A stretch of DNA of 64,000 nucleotides from an uncultured delta proteobacterium (GCA_963787125.1 CAWBBV010000007.1:352001-416000); one strand, 5' to 3'. Positions 30,216 through 40,886 are shown, numbered from the stretch's first letter. Numbers and translations: made by a program. The notes: a model not told the origin generated them from the letters alone.

Positions 30216-30295
30216 ATTGCCGCTGATTCCATATGTCTACCGTCCTTTGAGGGAAGGCTAGCACCAACTACTTCCATTTGGAAGCAGTTGGCATT

Positions 30296-30324
30296 AAAAA
30301 AGGGCCTGTCAGTTGACAGACCCT
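30296..30324 (-). terminator. Intrinsic terminator of the dctPQM unit
   Basis: Minus strand AGGGTCTGTCA-AC-TGACAGGCCCT followed by T run. Confidence 0.75.
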
Positions 30325-30348
30325 CAGATTTTTTATGAATCTACTCTA

Positions 30349-30669
30349 TCAGGCAGTACTGGGTAGAAATTTCCCGCTCCTTCTGTAGAGGATTGCCGTG
30401 ATGGTTACCAACCAGGGTCCGGCGACCAGCAATACACCCATTGTTTGGGTAAAAATATGCTCAAGCTGCGACTGTTCCACAAGTCGTCCGTGGATAAATC
30501 CTGCCGCAACAAGCCCTCGCATGAACAGCGCTGCAGTAAGCGGCAGTAGGCCGGCTGCAGCCATAAAGAACACTCTATGCTTCCCCAGTTTCTTGAGGCT
30601 CCAGATGAGGATGAGCTGGCAAAGCGCATTCAGGGCAACAATGAAATAAATTAAGATGTGATCCTGCAT
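30349..30669 (-). CDS. Hypothetical membrane protein (about 3 TM)
   Basis: 106 aa, hydrophobic, GGGGGA RBS, 22 bp after dctM. Confidence 0.6.
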   Translation of the reverse strand: MQDHILIYFIVALNALCQLILIWSLKKLGKHRVFFMAAAGLLPLTAALFMRGLVAAGFIHGRLVEQSQLEHIFTQTMGVLLVAGPWLVTITAILYRRSGKFLPSTA

Positions 30670-30691
30670 ACGGTGTCCCCCGTTTGTTTTA

Positions 30692-32086
30692 TTACATCAT
30701 TCCCATGATTTTCGGCAACCAGATGGAGAGCGACGGCCAATAGGTAACAATGACGAGAAACACCAACATAGTGCAAAGCCAAGGCATGACGGCCACGGTC
30801 AGTTCAGAAATGCTGAGTTTGGAGATGCCGCTGGCGACATACAGGTTCAGTCCGACCGGCGGGTGACAGAGGCCCACTTCCATGTTGGCGTCGATCAGGA
30901 TGCCGAAGTGCACCGGATCGATCCCCAGTTTCATCGCGGCAGGGAAGAGGATCGGGGCGAAGATCAGGATGATGGAGGATGGCTCCATGACGTTGCCCGC
31001 TAAGAGCAGTATCACGTTGACAACCATCAGGAAGGTGACGACACCCAGGTCTTTGCCGAGAATCCAGTCGGCCATGGCCTGGGGTATATTCTCGTGGGAC
31101 ATGAGGAACGAGAAGAGCACCGCGTTGGTGATGATATAAAGCAGCATGGCGCTCAGGTTGGCAGAGTTGAGCAGTACCCGCGGCACGTCCTTCATCCCCA
31201 TGTCCTTGTAGATGAAGATGGAGATGAAAAAGGCGTAGACCGCGCTCATGGCGGCTGCTTCGGTGGCTGTAAAGACGCCGGAATAGATGCCGCCGACGAT
31301 GATAACCACCAGCATCAAACCCCAGACGCTTTGGCGGAAGGTGCTGAAGCGCTCACTCCAGGAGGCTTTTGGCAAGCGAATGTAACCACGCTTCTTGGAG
31401 ATATACCAGGTAACGCAGCAGAGCATGATCGTCAGCAGTATTCCCGGTATCAGACCGGCAACGAAGAGGGCGCCGATGGAGGTGTTGGTGGCAATGGCGT
31501 AGACCACCTTGGGGATAGAGGGGAGCATAAGAATGCCGAGAGAACCGGCGCACACAATGATGCCGGCGCCAAAACGCATAGGATAGCCCTGTTTAACCAT
31601 GGCAGGCAGGATGATGGAGCCGATGGCGACCACAGTGGCGACGCTGGAGCCGCAGACCAGGGCAAACATGGAGCAGGCGAGGATGCCGGCAAGTCCCAGT
31701 CCGCCGTGAAAGTGGCCGATCATGCTGGTGGCAAAGGCGATCATCCGCTTGGCCACGCCGCCGTGTGTCAGGAAATTCCCGGCCAGGATAAAGAACGGGA
31801 TCGCCATGATCTCGAACTTCTCGATCCCGGTGAACAATTTAAGCGCCACCGCTTCGATCGGCACGTTGGTGAGGAGAAAGAGAAAGGTTAGAACGGTCAG
31901 GCCGAGGGCGATAGAGACAGGCACCCCGGTCAGCATCAGCGCCAAGAGGAGCGCGAAGACTATGCCGACATTGCCGTAGTAAAGGCTGACACCGATCAGG
32001 ACTGCTGAAATTCCGCATAACCAGGCACCGGCGCGGGTTTTGCTCATGGGAGGAAAGGGATTAACTGCCTGTTCTGCTGTGCTCAT
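30692..32086 (-). CDS. dctM: TRAP transporter large permease DctM
   Basis: AIPFFILAGN, GSSVAT, FTATEAAA, IDPVHFG, HPPVGLNL. Confidence 0.95.
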   Translation of the reverse strand: MSTAEQAVNPFPPMSKTRAGAWLCGISAVLIGVSLYYGNVGIVFALLLALMLTGVPVSIALGLTVLTFLFLLTNVPIEAVALKLFTGIEKFEIMAIPFFILAGNFLTHGGVAKRMIAFATSMIGHFHGGLGLAGILACSMFALVCGSSVATVVAIGSIILPAMVKQGYPMRFGAGIIVCAGSLGILMLPSIPKVVYAIATNTSIGALFVAGLIPGILLTIMLCCVTWYISKKRGYIRLPKASWSERFSTFRQSVWGLMLVVIIVGGIYSGVFTATEAAAMSAVYAFFISIFIYKDMGMKDVPRVLLNSANLSAMLLYIITNAVLFSFLMSHENIPQAMADWILGKDLGVVTFLMVVNVILLLAGNVMEPSSIILIFAPILFPAAMKLGIDPVHFGILIDANMEVGLCHPPVGLNLYVASGISKLSISELTVAVMPWLCTMLVFLVIVTYWPSLSIWLPKIMGMM

Positions 32087-32748
32087 TTCTGTGTCCCTCC
32101 TTCGGTAAGCGCGTCTCCATGTACTATCTCGCCGTGCAGTGTGCCCGGAGTGTCTTCAAGTACTTCGTCAATACCCTCCACATGGCCTTCGTTATGACGT
32201 GGCAGTTCGCCTGTTTTGATAAAGCGCCAGCCTACCTGAATAAATCGGAAACACATCAGGTAGGATCCGAGCGGCACGGCCAGATAAACGACCCATGTCG
32301 GCCACTCCAGGTCAGGTGTAGTCGGCCCTTGCGGCAGATCACCAACACCTATCCCGAGTAAGGTAAAGACGGCATAATGCATGCCGTTCTCCCAGACAAA
32401 CATGGCGCCCAGGGTGCCGATGATGCCGGTAAAAATGGTGCCGCAGGCGATGGCCACCATCACCCCTTTTTGGCGCCATTCCACCGGGAGACGGTTGACG
32501 AGCACATCCACGCCGACGTGGATGCCGGATCGAACGCCGTAGGCCGCACCGAACTTGGCCATCCAGACGAACATGTAGATGCACAACTCCTGCGCCCAAC
32601 TGAAATTGAGCTGGATCAGCCAGTCCTGTACGCCGGGGATCGGCAACCCGGCGCCATAGCGGTGGATAATTGACACAAAGATAAGGAGCGTTGCCGCGCC
32701 AATGAGGAAGGTGATGATCCATTCCTCCAGATGATCAAGATATTTCAT
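32083..32748 (-). CDS. dctQ: TRAP transporter small permease DctQ
   Basis: WAQELCIYMFVWMAKFGAAYGVRSGIHVGVD. Confidence 0.93.
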   Translation of the reverse strand: MKYLDHLEEWIITFLIGAATLLIFVSIIHRYGAGLPIPGVQDWLIQLNFSWAQELCIYMFVWMAKFGAAYGVRSGIHVGVDVLVNRLPVEWRQKGVMVAIACGTIFTGIIGTLGAMFVWENGMHYAVFTLLGIGVGDLPQGPTTPDLEWPTWVVYLAVPLGSYLMCFRFIQVGWRFIKTGELPRHNEGHVEGIDEVLEDTPGTLHGEIVHGDALTEGGTQK

Positions 32749-32831
32749 CTCGTTACTCCTGGGTTTAGTCGAAAAATAAGGCCGCTGCGGCCAGCACAGC
32801 GGCCCTGCTCACAATGTTCGGATGTCCGCTG

Positions 32832-33824
32832 TTACGGTTTATATCCGGTGGCAGCGTACACTTCCTTTACCAGGTCGGCGCCGATCCGGCTCATATGTTC
32901 TTGGTGGGCCTTGTCCATGGTTTTCTTCCAGACGGCTTTTTCCTGTGCTGTCAGGGTAATAATCTGGGATCTCCCGGATTTCTTCACCGCAGCCAGGGCT
33001 TCATCGTTATCCTTCTTGGCAACATCGTTGGCAAACTTGGTGGCATCTTTCATGGCGCTTTCGAGGGCAGTGCGGATGTCAGCAGGCAGTCCGGCCCAGA
33101 ACTTCTTGTTGACGATGACCGCATAGCCCAGGTAGCCGTGGTCGGAAACGGTTACATACTTTTGTACTTCATGCATCTTCTGGGTATAGAGGTTTGACGG
33201 CGGATTCTCGGTGCCGTTGACAACGCCGGTCTGTAGCGCCTGGTAAACTTCGGAGAAAGCCATTACCTGCGGTATGGCGCCCATGGCACGCATCTGGGAG
33301 TCGAGCACCTTGGAAGACTGGATGCGCATCTTCTGCCCCTTGAAATCTTCTACGGTTTTCAGCGGTTTGTTGGCGCTCATGACTTTGAAGCCGTTGTCCC
33401 AATAAGCCAGACCATGGATTCCCTTGGCTTCCAGCTTGGCCAGCAGTTTCGCACCGATCGGACCCTGGGTGACCCTGTGCAGTTCGGTGTAGTCGTGGAA
33501 GATGAAGGGGAGGTCGAACACCTCGAAATCTTTCACCCCTAGAGGCGCAAATTTGGCCAGGGAAGGGGCCAGCATCTGCACGGCGCCCAACTGTAGCGCC
33601 TCCATCTCCTCTTTATCCTTGTAGAGACTGCTGTTCGGGTAAACCTCTATTTTGACACGGCCCTTGGTGCGTTCTTCGGCCAGTTTCTTGAAATAGTCGG
33701 CAGCCTGTCCTTTAGGGGTATTCTGGGCAACTACGTGGCTGAACTTGATGACGATTGGCGCAGCGGTTGCTGCTGAGGCAAAGGTCAGAAGTAATGCTCC
33801 GGTTAACAGGGTCTTCAGTCTCAT
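32832..33824 (-). CDS. dctP: TRAP C4-dicarboxylate-type substrate-binding protein DctP
   Basis: Signal peptide, IKFSHVVA..TPKG, YWDNGFK, KMRIQSS, GTENPPSN. Confidence 0.93.
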   Translation of the reverse strand: MRLKTLLTGALLLTFASAATAAPIVIKFSHVVAQNTPKGQAADYFKKLAEERTKGRVKIEVYPNSSLYKDKEEMEALQLGAVQMLAPSLAKFAPLGVKDFEVFDLPFIFHDYTELHRVTQGPIGAKLLAKLEAKGIHGLAYWDNGFKVMSANKPLKTVEDFKGQKMRIQSSKVLDSQMRAMGAIPQVMAFSEVYQALQTGVVNGTENPPSNLYTQKMHEVQKYVTVSDHGYLGYAVIVNKKFWAGLPADIRTALESAMKDATKFANDVAKKDNDEALAAVKKSGRSQIITLTAQEKAVWKKTMDKAHQEHMSRIGADLVKEVYAATGYKP

Positions 33825-33904
33825 GCTTAGCTCCTTTGATTTATGGATTGCTGTTGAGTTTGTTCATAGATGTGCGAGTACATCCAGGTTTATACTGACG
33901 TTAT

Positions 33905-33922
33905 ACGCAATCTTGATGCCAA
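33905..33922 (-). promoter_or_regulatory. Sigma54 (-24/-12) promoter of dctP
   Basis: TTGGCATCAAGATTGCGT, GG-N10-GC spacing. Confidence 0.8.
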
Positions 33923-33993
33923 AAATAAATGCGAGCGTAACTTACTGTATTTGCATGATGTAACGGTATTCTCAGGACGGGAGTCAGATTGAA

Positions 33994-34035
33994 GTGGCGG
34001 TTTTCAGCCACTTGTGGGTGGCTGTTTTCAGCCAT
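33994..34035. promoter_or_regulatory. Tandem palindromic activator (UAS) sites upstream of the dctP promoter
   Basis: GTGGCGGTTTTCAGCCAC and GTGGCTGTTTTCAGCCAT, 24 bp apart. Confidence 0.65.
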
Positions 34036-35272
34036 CAGTTCCCGGTGAAGGTGGGTGTGCTTCCATTGTTGACAAAATTTCTGCCGATATGAAGGCGAAC
34101 AGCAACAGTAGTGAGATCAGGACTGTTATGCCGTGCCAACCTAAATTTAGCCAGAAGAGTCCGCCGACTGTCCCTGAGATGCTGGATCCCAGGTAGTAGA
34201 AAAAAAGGTAGAGCGATGACGCCTGGGCCTTTGCCGTGGCAGCCCGCCTCCCCACCCAGCCGGAGGCAATCGTGTGGACACCGAAAAAACCGCAGGTGAA
34301 GAGGGCTACCCCGGTGACGATCCAGGGGATGCTGCTTGCCAGAGTTATGATGATGCCGAGGAACATAATGCCGATTGTCAGGCGAATCATAACGCGTCGG
34401 CCAAAGCGGAGCAGCAGCTTTCCCATCATAGAGGAGCTTAGGGAGCCGAAAAAATAGACCATGAAAATCAGGCTGATTGTTGATTGGCTGAGATTGTAGG
34501 GGAGGGCAAGGAGACGAAACGTAATGTAATTGTAGAGACTTATGAATCCCCCCATGGCAAAAAACGCAATGGAAAAGAGCAGCAGCATTCCGGGATCTTT
34601 GAGGTGATGGATCAGGGATGTCGCCAGATACGTGCCCCGGAAGGGTCTCTTGTGGAAATTGGCAGAAGCGGGCAGGGTTGCCAGAAAATAGCAGGAGATT
34701 ATCAGACTGGTGCAGCCGATAAGTGCAACGGCACTTCTCCAGGGGATGTAATCCGACAGTATCGCCGATATGAGTCTGCCGCTCATCCCCCCCACGGCGT
34801 TGCCGCTGATGTAGAGGCCGATTGCCGAACTGATGGCCGATGAGTCCATCTCGTCACCAAGATAAGCCATGGCCACGGACGGAACCCCGGCCAGGACAGC
34901 TCCCTGTGCAAACCGTACTGCCAGCAGCGACGAAAAGGAAGTGGTGAAGGCGGTCAGAATCGCCAGCAGGGAGGTGAGAAAGAGAGCCGTGGCAATCATC
35001 GGTTTGCGGCCGACAGAGTCGGAGATTGTGCCGGCCAGGAGCATTGCTACTGCAAGGGTCCCGGTGCTGACAGAGAGAGGCAGGCTCCCACTTGCCGGTG
35101 AGATGCCGAACTCCCTGGCAAAAAGGGGTAACAGCGGCTGGATATCGTACAGGGTCACAAAGGTAACAAAACCGGCCCAGAAAAGAGCGATGTTGGCCCT
35201 GCGGTAGCGGGGTGAGTCAACTGTAATTGCCGCTGTTCTCTTCAGGGCTGATGTGCTTGCGGTTGGCTTCAT
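34028..35272 (-). CDS. MFS transporter (YnfM-like); start uncertain (35272 or 35311)
   Basis: LY..QPLLP, SDSVGRK, GLYISGNAVGGM.GR, ASSLYL..YY.GSS. Confidence 0.88.
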   Translation of the reverse strand: MKPTASTSALKRTAAITVDSPRYRRANIALFWAGFVTFVTLYDIQPLLPLFAREFGISPASGSLPLSVSTGTLAVAMLLAGTISDSVGRKPMIATALFLTSLLAILTAFTTSFSSLLAVRFAQGAVLAGVPSVAMAYLGDEMDSSAISSAIGLYISGNAVGGMSGRLISAILSDYIPWRSAVALIGCTSLIISCYFLATLPASANFHKRPFRGTYLATSLIHHLKDPGMLLLFSIAFFAMGGFISLYNYITFRLLALPYNLSQSTISLIFMVYFFGSLSSSMMGKLLLRFGRRVMIRLTIGIMFLGIIITLASSIPWIVTGVALFTCGFFGVHTIASGWVGRRAATAKAQASSLYLFFYYLGSSISGTVGGLFWLNLGWHGITVLISLLLLFAFISAEILSTMEAHPPSPGTDG

Positions 35273-35385
35273 GATTAAGAGGAAAGTACCACTGTCGGCC
35301 GGTCTGGGCAAGACGCATTCCGGTCAGTCTTCGTTCATCCAGAAGTTCAAGGCTCTTAAGAGGGTATTCATGTCAGCAGCGATGC

Positions 35386-38300
35386 CTACAGGAGGGTTTT
35401 ACGGTCACTTTCCATCATCGGCAATGAAATGGTAGCAGTAGTACCCGTGCCCGGTTCGGAGCTGAAACTGAGAGAGCCATGATGTTCTTTTATGATGTTG
35501 TCCGAGATATAGAGCCCCAGTCCCGTGCCCCCTGCCTCGCTCTTGGTGGTGTAGAACGGTTCGGTCAATTTCTCCAGAACCTCCCGTGACATCCCTTTGC
35601 CTTCGTCCCTTATGCTGATTACCAGAACGCCGCTTTCCGGGTCGGCAGAGGTCTTGACATAAACGCCGCGGCTCTTGTCCTGCAGTGACTGGAGCGCGTT
35701 GGTGAGCAGGTTGATAATTACCTGCTCAATCTGTTGGGCACTGCCGCTGGCAAGGGGGAGTCCTTCCTGCAGCTCAATGTTGAAGTTCTCGGTATGTTTG
35801 TGAACATGGTGCCAGAGGATGGAGGTCGCAGCATCAACCACCTTGTTGATATCGATGAGGCCTTTGAGAGGGGTTTTCTCCTGCTTCACAAAATCCCTCA
35901 TGTTGCTGATGATCTTGTTGATTTTTCGCGAGCTGTTGGTAATGCCGGTGAACAGTAGTGGCGCAAGCTCTTCCACCTTTGCAAAGGGGAGCCCGCCGAG
36001 TGACAGCGCTTCATTCTCATCATGAAGCTTTTTGAGAGGGATGGCGGCATCCTGCCATATTTTGGCCAGCACGGTGGCATTGCTGGCAATACACTGGTTC
36101 GGGTTGTTGATCTCATGACCGACTCCGGAAACGAGCATGCCGAGAGAGGTCATCTTGTTGGCCTGGATCATTTTGGCCTGGGTTGCTTTCATCTCCTCTT
36201 CGAGCCGGATCTTTTCAGTAATATCCCGAACGGAGCAGAGGATTGCCAGTTCATTCTTCAGGTGGATTATTTTGGCTTTCAGGGACACCATGACTTTACT
36301 GCCATCGGGTCTGAAACTGGTTGCCTTTTCGAGCATGATTCCGTTATACAGGGCCGGTTCCATGAACTTGCGGAGGTCGTTCCGCTCGATGAAATTCTCC
36401 GGGATGAGCTGGTCCAGTTCTCCGGGGCCGATGTTGTATAGCTTTAGGGCTGCCGTGTTGGCATCAATGACTTTGAACGTCTTTAGATCGATGAGGAGAA
36501 TGGCATCGTCGTTCTGGGAGAAAACCTGGCGGAACTGCTCCTCGCTCTCCCTGAGAGCGATCTCCATCCGGACACGTTCCGTGATGTCTTCAACAACGGA
36601 AATGACCCCGATCACCTTCCCTTCCCGGTCGTGCAGGGGGGTATTCGTCCAGGAACAGGTGATGATTATCCCTTCACGGGTCCTGTTTTCGTTGAAACTG
36701 TGGGCGTCCAGATTTCCTTCGAGGAGCTTGTGCCATACTCTATCCACGTCGGCAATGACATGCTCGGGTACGACCAGTTCGTTGGCGGTTCTCCCCAGGG
36801 CTTCTGTTGCACTGTAGCCGAAGATCCGCTCAGCTGCAGGGTTCCACTGCTGGACGCGGAAATCGTTTCCCCAGACGATAGCGGCGCTGGGGAGCCGCTG
36901 GAAGTAAAGCTGCAGCCGTGCTTCGCTTGTCTTCAGAGCCGCGTCTGCCTGCTGTCGTTGCTGGATGCTCACCACCATGCTGGCAAAAATCTGCAAGAGA
37001 GATAGTTCATCGGCAGACACGGCAGGATGCAGATTTGCCCAGGCGAAGCCGACAAAACCGATGCAGGTGCCGGCGTCTATGCAGGGGATGGAGAGAATGC
37101 TCCGGTTGCCATCACGTTCCATCATCGTCCGCAACATGCATGGTGGCAGCAGCTGAACATCCTGTATCCAGATCGGTTCGCCGCGGCGATGTGCTTCCAC
37201 ATTGAATTCCGGTACGTTCGCAAACGGCACGGACTGATAGTCGGCGATAGTCGGTTTCAATCCCTCCTTGTACCATTCATAGATTTCACTCCCTGTCTGC
37301 TCCTGGAAGTCATAGTCGAAAATATAGACCCGGTCAGATTCGACAAACTCTGCCATTTCACCCAAGGACCCATGAATTGCCGATATGACACTCTCCAGTG
37401 GCAGGTTTATATAAGTTGCGGCAATTTTCAGCAGCAGCTTTTGCAGACGTGATTGCTGCCACAGAGCATTTTCCGCTTTCTTTCGCTCTGTAATATCTTT
37501 GCCGAATACGGAGATTGCCAAAGGTTTGTTATTTTGCACGATCGGTTGGAAGGCGATTTCGAGAGTGCGTCCATCGGTCAAGACATATTCAATTTTGTAA
37601 GGACCTTCCTTCAATACCTTCTGGTAAAAGGGGTGCCATTTGTCGGCAAACTCCGGTGGGAGAAGGTCTTTGACGTGGGAACCGATACAGATCTCGGTGC
37701 CGTAGTTCCGGCGGAAGTGTTCGGCGATGGCGTTATTGAAGGAGAGCAGGCCGAAGTTTAGATCCACTGACCAGATGAGGTCGGTAGTGCTGTTAATGAC
37801 CGCAGCCAGACGCGATTCCATGTTTTTGAGTTCGGTGATGTCACTCCCCTCGGCGATGATATAGATTATCTTGCCAGAAGAATCTTTCATCGGTTTCAGG
37901 GAAAAATCTATGGTATGCACATTCCCGTTAAAGTCGGGATGCTGCGCCTCGTTACGAACGAACGCTCCGGTTGCGGCTGAATAAATATCCTGTTGCAACT
38001 GCCGCTGCAGGGCCGGATTATGGCTCCACCAGGGGGTGTCCCAGAAATAGCAGCCTATGACATTATCCCTGTTTTGTCCGACGAGGTCCAGGGCGGTCTG
38101 GTTGACTTCAATCAGCCTTCCGTCCGGGGACAAGAGACCCTGAAGGTGGAAAGTATTGTCTATGACCGCTTTGAGAAGTTCCTGATTCTTAAGCAGTTCC
38201 TCGTGGGCAGAAATATTTTTGTCCAGTTGCTGGCGCAGTTTCTCTTCTGTAGCGGAGAGCTCTTCATTGCTTTCCTTGAGCACTTCTTCAGTTGTGCGTC

Positions 38301-39255
38301 GTCGTTCAACTTCCAACTGGAGGGCTGCAGTCCGGACTTTGACTGCCCGTCTGAGAAGCAGAATCCAGACCATGGCAAAGCTGGCAATCAATCCGCTCCA
38401 TTTGATGACATCCAGAAGCCTGATGCCGTGCTCGATCCGCAAGGAGAGCCAATTGTTGCGTATTGTCTGGTGTTCCTCAGGGGTTATAGAGGCTAGTGCC
38501 TTGTCAATCAGGCGTGCCAGTTCGGGCCAGTCATTGCGAACTCCCATGGCCAGTCTGTCGTCTTCGTAAGGGGATGCAGGTGCGGCAACCTTGATGTTGA
38601 CCAGTCCCTTTTTGTCGATCAGATAGGTGCCGACCGCCAGATTCTGAATATATGCATCGGCCTTGCTAGTTGAGACTGCCTCCAAGGCTTCTGCAGGAGT
38701 ATTGACCTCCAGTAGCCTGACTCCGGGAATATCGCGCTGTAACCACTCCTTCATGACAAAGCCACGTTCCACTGCGATCACTCTTCCGGCAAGATCTATG
38801 ATTCCGGAGATGAAATGGCCATCCTTAACGCTAAAGATCATCTGGGGGAAGGAGAGATAATCTTTGGTGAAAACAATGGAGCTTTCTCTCTCGGCGGTGT
38901 GAGTAATGCAAAGGATTAGATCGATACCGCGTTTTTCTTTTAGTTGCGAGAGTGCTTCCGGCCAGCTAGGGCCGGTCACCGGCTGGAAGTCAATCCCCAG
39001 GCGTTTACCGACCAAGGTAAGATATTCGTAAGCCATGCCTTGGTAACGGTTGTCGCTAAAGAACTCAAAGGGGGGATAACCATCACCGATCCGAACCCGG
39101 ACGGTTCGGTGTGCGGCCAGCCAGCTCTTTTCAGCATCTGTCAGGACTATCTCCGGATCAGTTGGATGGGTTGCCGGGGAAACCTCTGCAGCGGTAAAAG
39201 AAATCAAAAAAATTGTCGCAACGAAGAGAAGTATGGGGAGTGCAAAATGTTTCAT
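35386..39255 (-). CDS. Sensor histidine kinase: periplasmic amino-acid-binding-type domain, multiple PAS, GAF, NtrB-type kinase
   Basis: YPPFEF SBP domain, TM, PAS/PAC (DITE repeats), GAF, HEINNP, NLLTNA, DEGKG, GTGLGL. Confidence 0.92.
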   Translation of the reverse strand: MKHFALPILLFVATIFLISFTAAEVSPATHPTDPEIVLTDAEKSWLAAHRTVRVRIGDGYPPFEFFSDNRYQGMAYEYLTLVGKRLGIDFQPVTGPSWPEALSQLKEKRGIDLILCITHTAERESSIVFTKDYLSFPQMIFSVKDGHFISGIIDLAGRVIAVERGFVMKEWLQRDIPGVRLLEVNTPAEALEAVSTSKADAYIQNLAVGTYLIDKKGLVNIKVAAPASPYEDDRLAMGVRNDWPELARLIDKALASITPEEHQTIRNNWLSLRIEHGIRLLDVIKWSGLIASFAMVWILLLRRAVKVRTAALQLEVERRRTTEEVLKESNEELSATEEKLRQQLDKNISAHEELLKNQELLKAVIDNTFHLQGLLSPDGRLIEVNQTALDLVGQNRDNVIGCYFWDTPWWSHNPALQRQLQQDIYSAATGAFVRNEAQHPDFNGNVHTIDFSLKPMKDSSGKIIYIIAEGSDITELKNMESRLAAVINSTTDLIWSVDLNFGLLSFNNAIAEHFRRNYGTEICIGSHVKDLLPPEFADKWHPFYQKVLKEGPYKIEYVLTDGRTLEIAFQPIVQNNKPLAISVFGKDITERKKAENALWQQSRLQKLLLKIAATYINLPLESVISAIHGSLGEMAEFVESDRVYIFDYDFQEQTGSEIYEWYKEGLKPTIADYQSVPFANVPEFNVEAHRRGEPIWIQDVQLLPPCMLRTMMERDGNRSILSIPCIDAGTCIGFVGFAWANLHPAVSADELSLLQIFASMVVSIQQRQQADAALKTSEARLQLYFQRLPSAAIVWGNDFRVQQWNPAAERIFGYSATEALGRTANELVVPEHVIADVDRVWHKLLEGNLDAHSFNENRTREGIIITCSWTNTPLHDREGKVIGVISVVEDITERVRMEIALRESEEQFRQVFSQNDDAILLIDLKTFKVIDANTAALKLYNIGPGELDQLIPENFIERNDLRKFMEPALYNGIMLEKATSFRPDGSKVMVSLKAKIIHLKNELAILCSVRDITEKIRLEEEMKATQAKMIQANKMTSLGMLVSGVGHEINNPNQCIASNATVLAKIWQDAAIPLKKLHDENEALSLGGLPFAKVEELAPLLFTGITNSSRKINKIISNMRDFVKQEKTPLKGLIDINKVVDAATSILWHHVHKHTENFNIELQEGLPLASGSAQQIEQVIINLLTNALQSLQDKSRGVYVKTSADPESGVLVISIRDEGKGMSREVLEKLTEPFYTTKSEAGGTGLGLYISDNIIKEHHGSLSFSSEPGTGTTATISLPMMESDRKTLL

Positions 39256-39473
39256 GGATGATACCTGTGACGGCAACGAAAAATTTGCCTGCGCTTAAAT
39301 TTTCATTGAATATTAACAGTTATATGGATAGTTTTACATGGAAAATGATAGGACACTCAGCTACTGTTATGAATAAAGGGTTAATTCCTGTTCGGTAGTT
39401 TTTTTGTATCCATATCATTTCAGAAGTTTTGGGGCCTTTACGTAAGGGTTTGCAGGGTTGAAGGAGATTTATT

Positions 39474-40886
39474 GTGAACAGGAAACCAACTGCCGGCGGA
39501 GTATCAATCATTCTTGTTGATGATGAATCTGACATTTTACTCGGTTCAACCCTGATTCTGATGCAGGCAGGTTTTAATTCAGTTGAGACGCTTGATGACA
39601 GCCGCAATCTCCTCCCTTTTCTGGCAGACCATGATGCCAGTGTCATTGTCCTTGACCTGCAGATGCCTTTTCTTTCCGGGAAAGTGCTGCTTGAGGAGAT
39701 AACATCTTCCTACCCCCATATTCCGGTCGTCATCATGACAGCTGCCGATGAACTCGAAACTGCCATTGACTGCATGAAAAAAGGAGCTTTTGATTATATC
39801 TCCAAACCGGTGGAGCCGGAAAGATTGATCGCCACTTGCCGCAAAGCCATTGAGATGAGCACCTTGCGGCGCGAGATAGCCTCCCTGCGGGAATCACTGC
39901 TAACCGGTAAATTACGCAACCAGAAGGCATTTGATGCTATTATTACACGCAGTACCAGAATGCAGTCGTTGTTTGGTTATCTGGAGGCAGCTGCCGTCAC
40001 GGCGCAACCGGTGCTGATTACCGGTGAGACCGGGGTCGGCAAGGAGCTCATTGCCCGTGCCGTGCATACTCTCAGCGGTGCTACTGGTAATTTCGTGGCG
40101 ATTAATTCGGCAGGCCTTGATGATCTGATGTTTGCCGACACTCTTTTTGGCCACTGCAAAGGGGCTTTTACCGGAGCTGCTGATACACGGGAAGGTATGA
40201 TCTCCAGAGCTGCCGGTGGTACCCTGTTCCTTGATGAAATCGGCGATCTCAGTGTTACTTCCCAGGTGAAACTGCTCCGCCTTCTGCAGGAAGGCGAATA
40301 CTTCCCCCTGGGTTCTGACCGGGGAGTGCAGAGCCGGACCCGTTTTGTCGTTGCCACTAACCAACACCTTGAACACCTTATTGCTGAGGGATTTTTCCGC
40401 AAGGATCTCTACTTCAGGCTCTGTTCCCATCGGGTGCACATCCCTCCATTACGGGAGCGGCGGGAGGATATACCTCTCCTTCTGGAAGTGTTTCTTGAGG
40501 AAGCTTCCAAGGAGCTGCACAAAAGCAAGCCGGCGTACCGTCCCGAGCTTCTTGCCCGCTTGAGTGCCTATCACTTTCCCGGTAATGTACGTGAACTGAA
40601 AGCCATGATTTTTGATGCCCTTACTACACACAGGGGGGGTGACCTCACGCCGGCGGCATTTGACAAATTTATGGCTGACAAGACATCCTCTCATGGCCCT
40701 CTGTCAGAGTCTGCAGCCGGATACAGCGGGGACTTTGATGTTTTAGGGCGTTTCCCGACCCTTCAGGAGATGGAGCAATATCTCACTGATAAAGCGCTGC
40801 AGTTGACCAGAGGCAATCAGGGAGCGGCCGCAGTCATGCTGGGCCTTACCAGGCATGCACTGAACAAGAGACTCTGTCGCCGATAA
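39474..40886 (+). CDS. Sigma54-dependent response regulator (NtrC family)
   Basis: Receiver DLQMP, GETGVGKE, GAFTGA, FPGNVREL, Fis HTH; divergent from the kinase. Confidence 0.94.
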   Translation: MNRKPTAGGVSIILVDDESDILLGSTLILMQAGFNSVETLDDSRNLLPFLADHDASVIVLDLQMPFLSGKVLLEEITSSYPHIPVVIMTAADELETAIDCMKKGAFDYISKPVEPERLIATCRKAIEMSTLRREIASLRESLLTGKLRNQKAFDAIITRSTRMQSLFGYLEAAAVTAQPVLITGETGVGKELIARAVHTLSGATGNFVAINSAGLDDLMFADTLFGHCKGAFTGAADTREGMISRAAGGTLFLDEIGDLSVTSQVKLLRLLQEGEYFPLGSDRGVQSRTRFVVATNQHLEHLIAEGFFRKDLYFRLCSHRVHIPPLRERREDIPLLLEVFLEEASKELHKSKPAYRPELLARLSAYHFPGNVRELKAMIFDALTTHRGGDLTPAAFDKFMADKTSSHGPLSESAAGYSGDFDVLGRFPTLQEMEQYLTDKALQLTRGNQGAAAVMLGLTRHALNKRLCRR

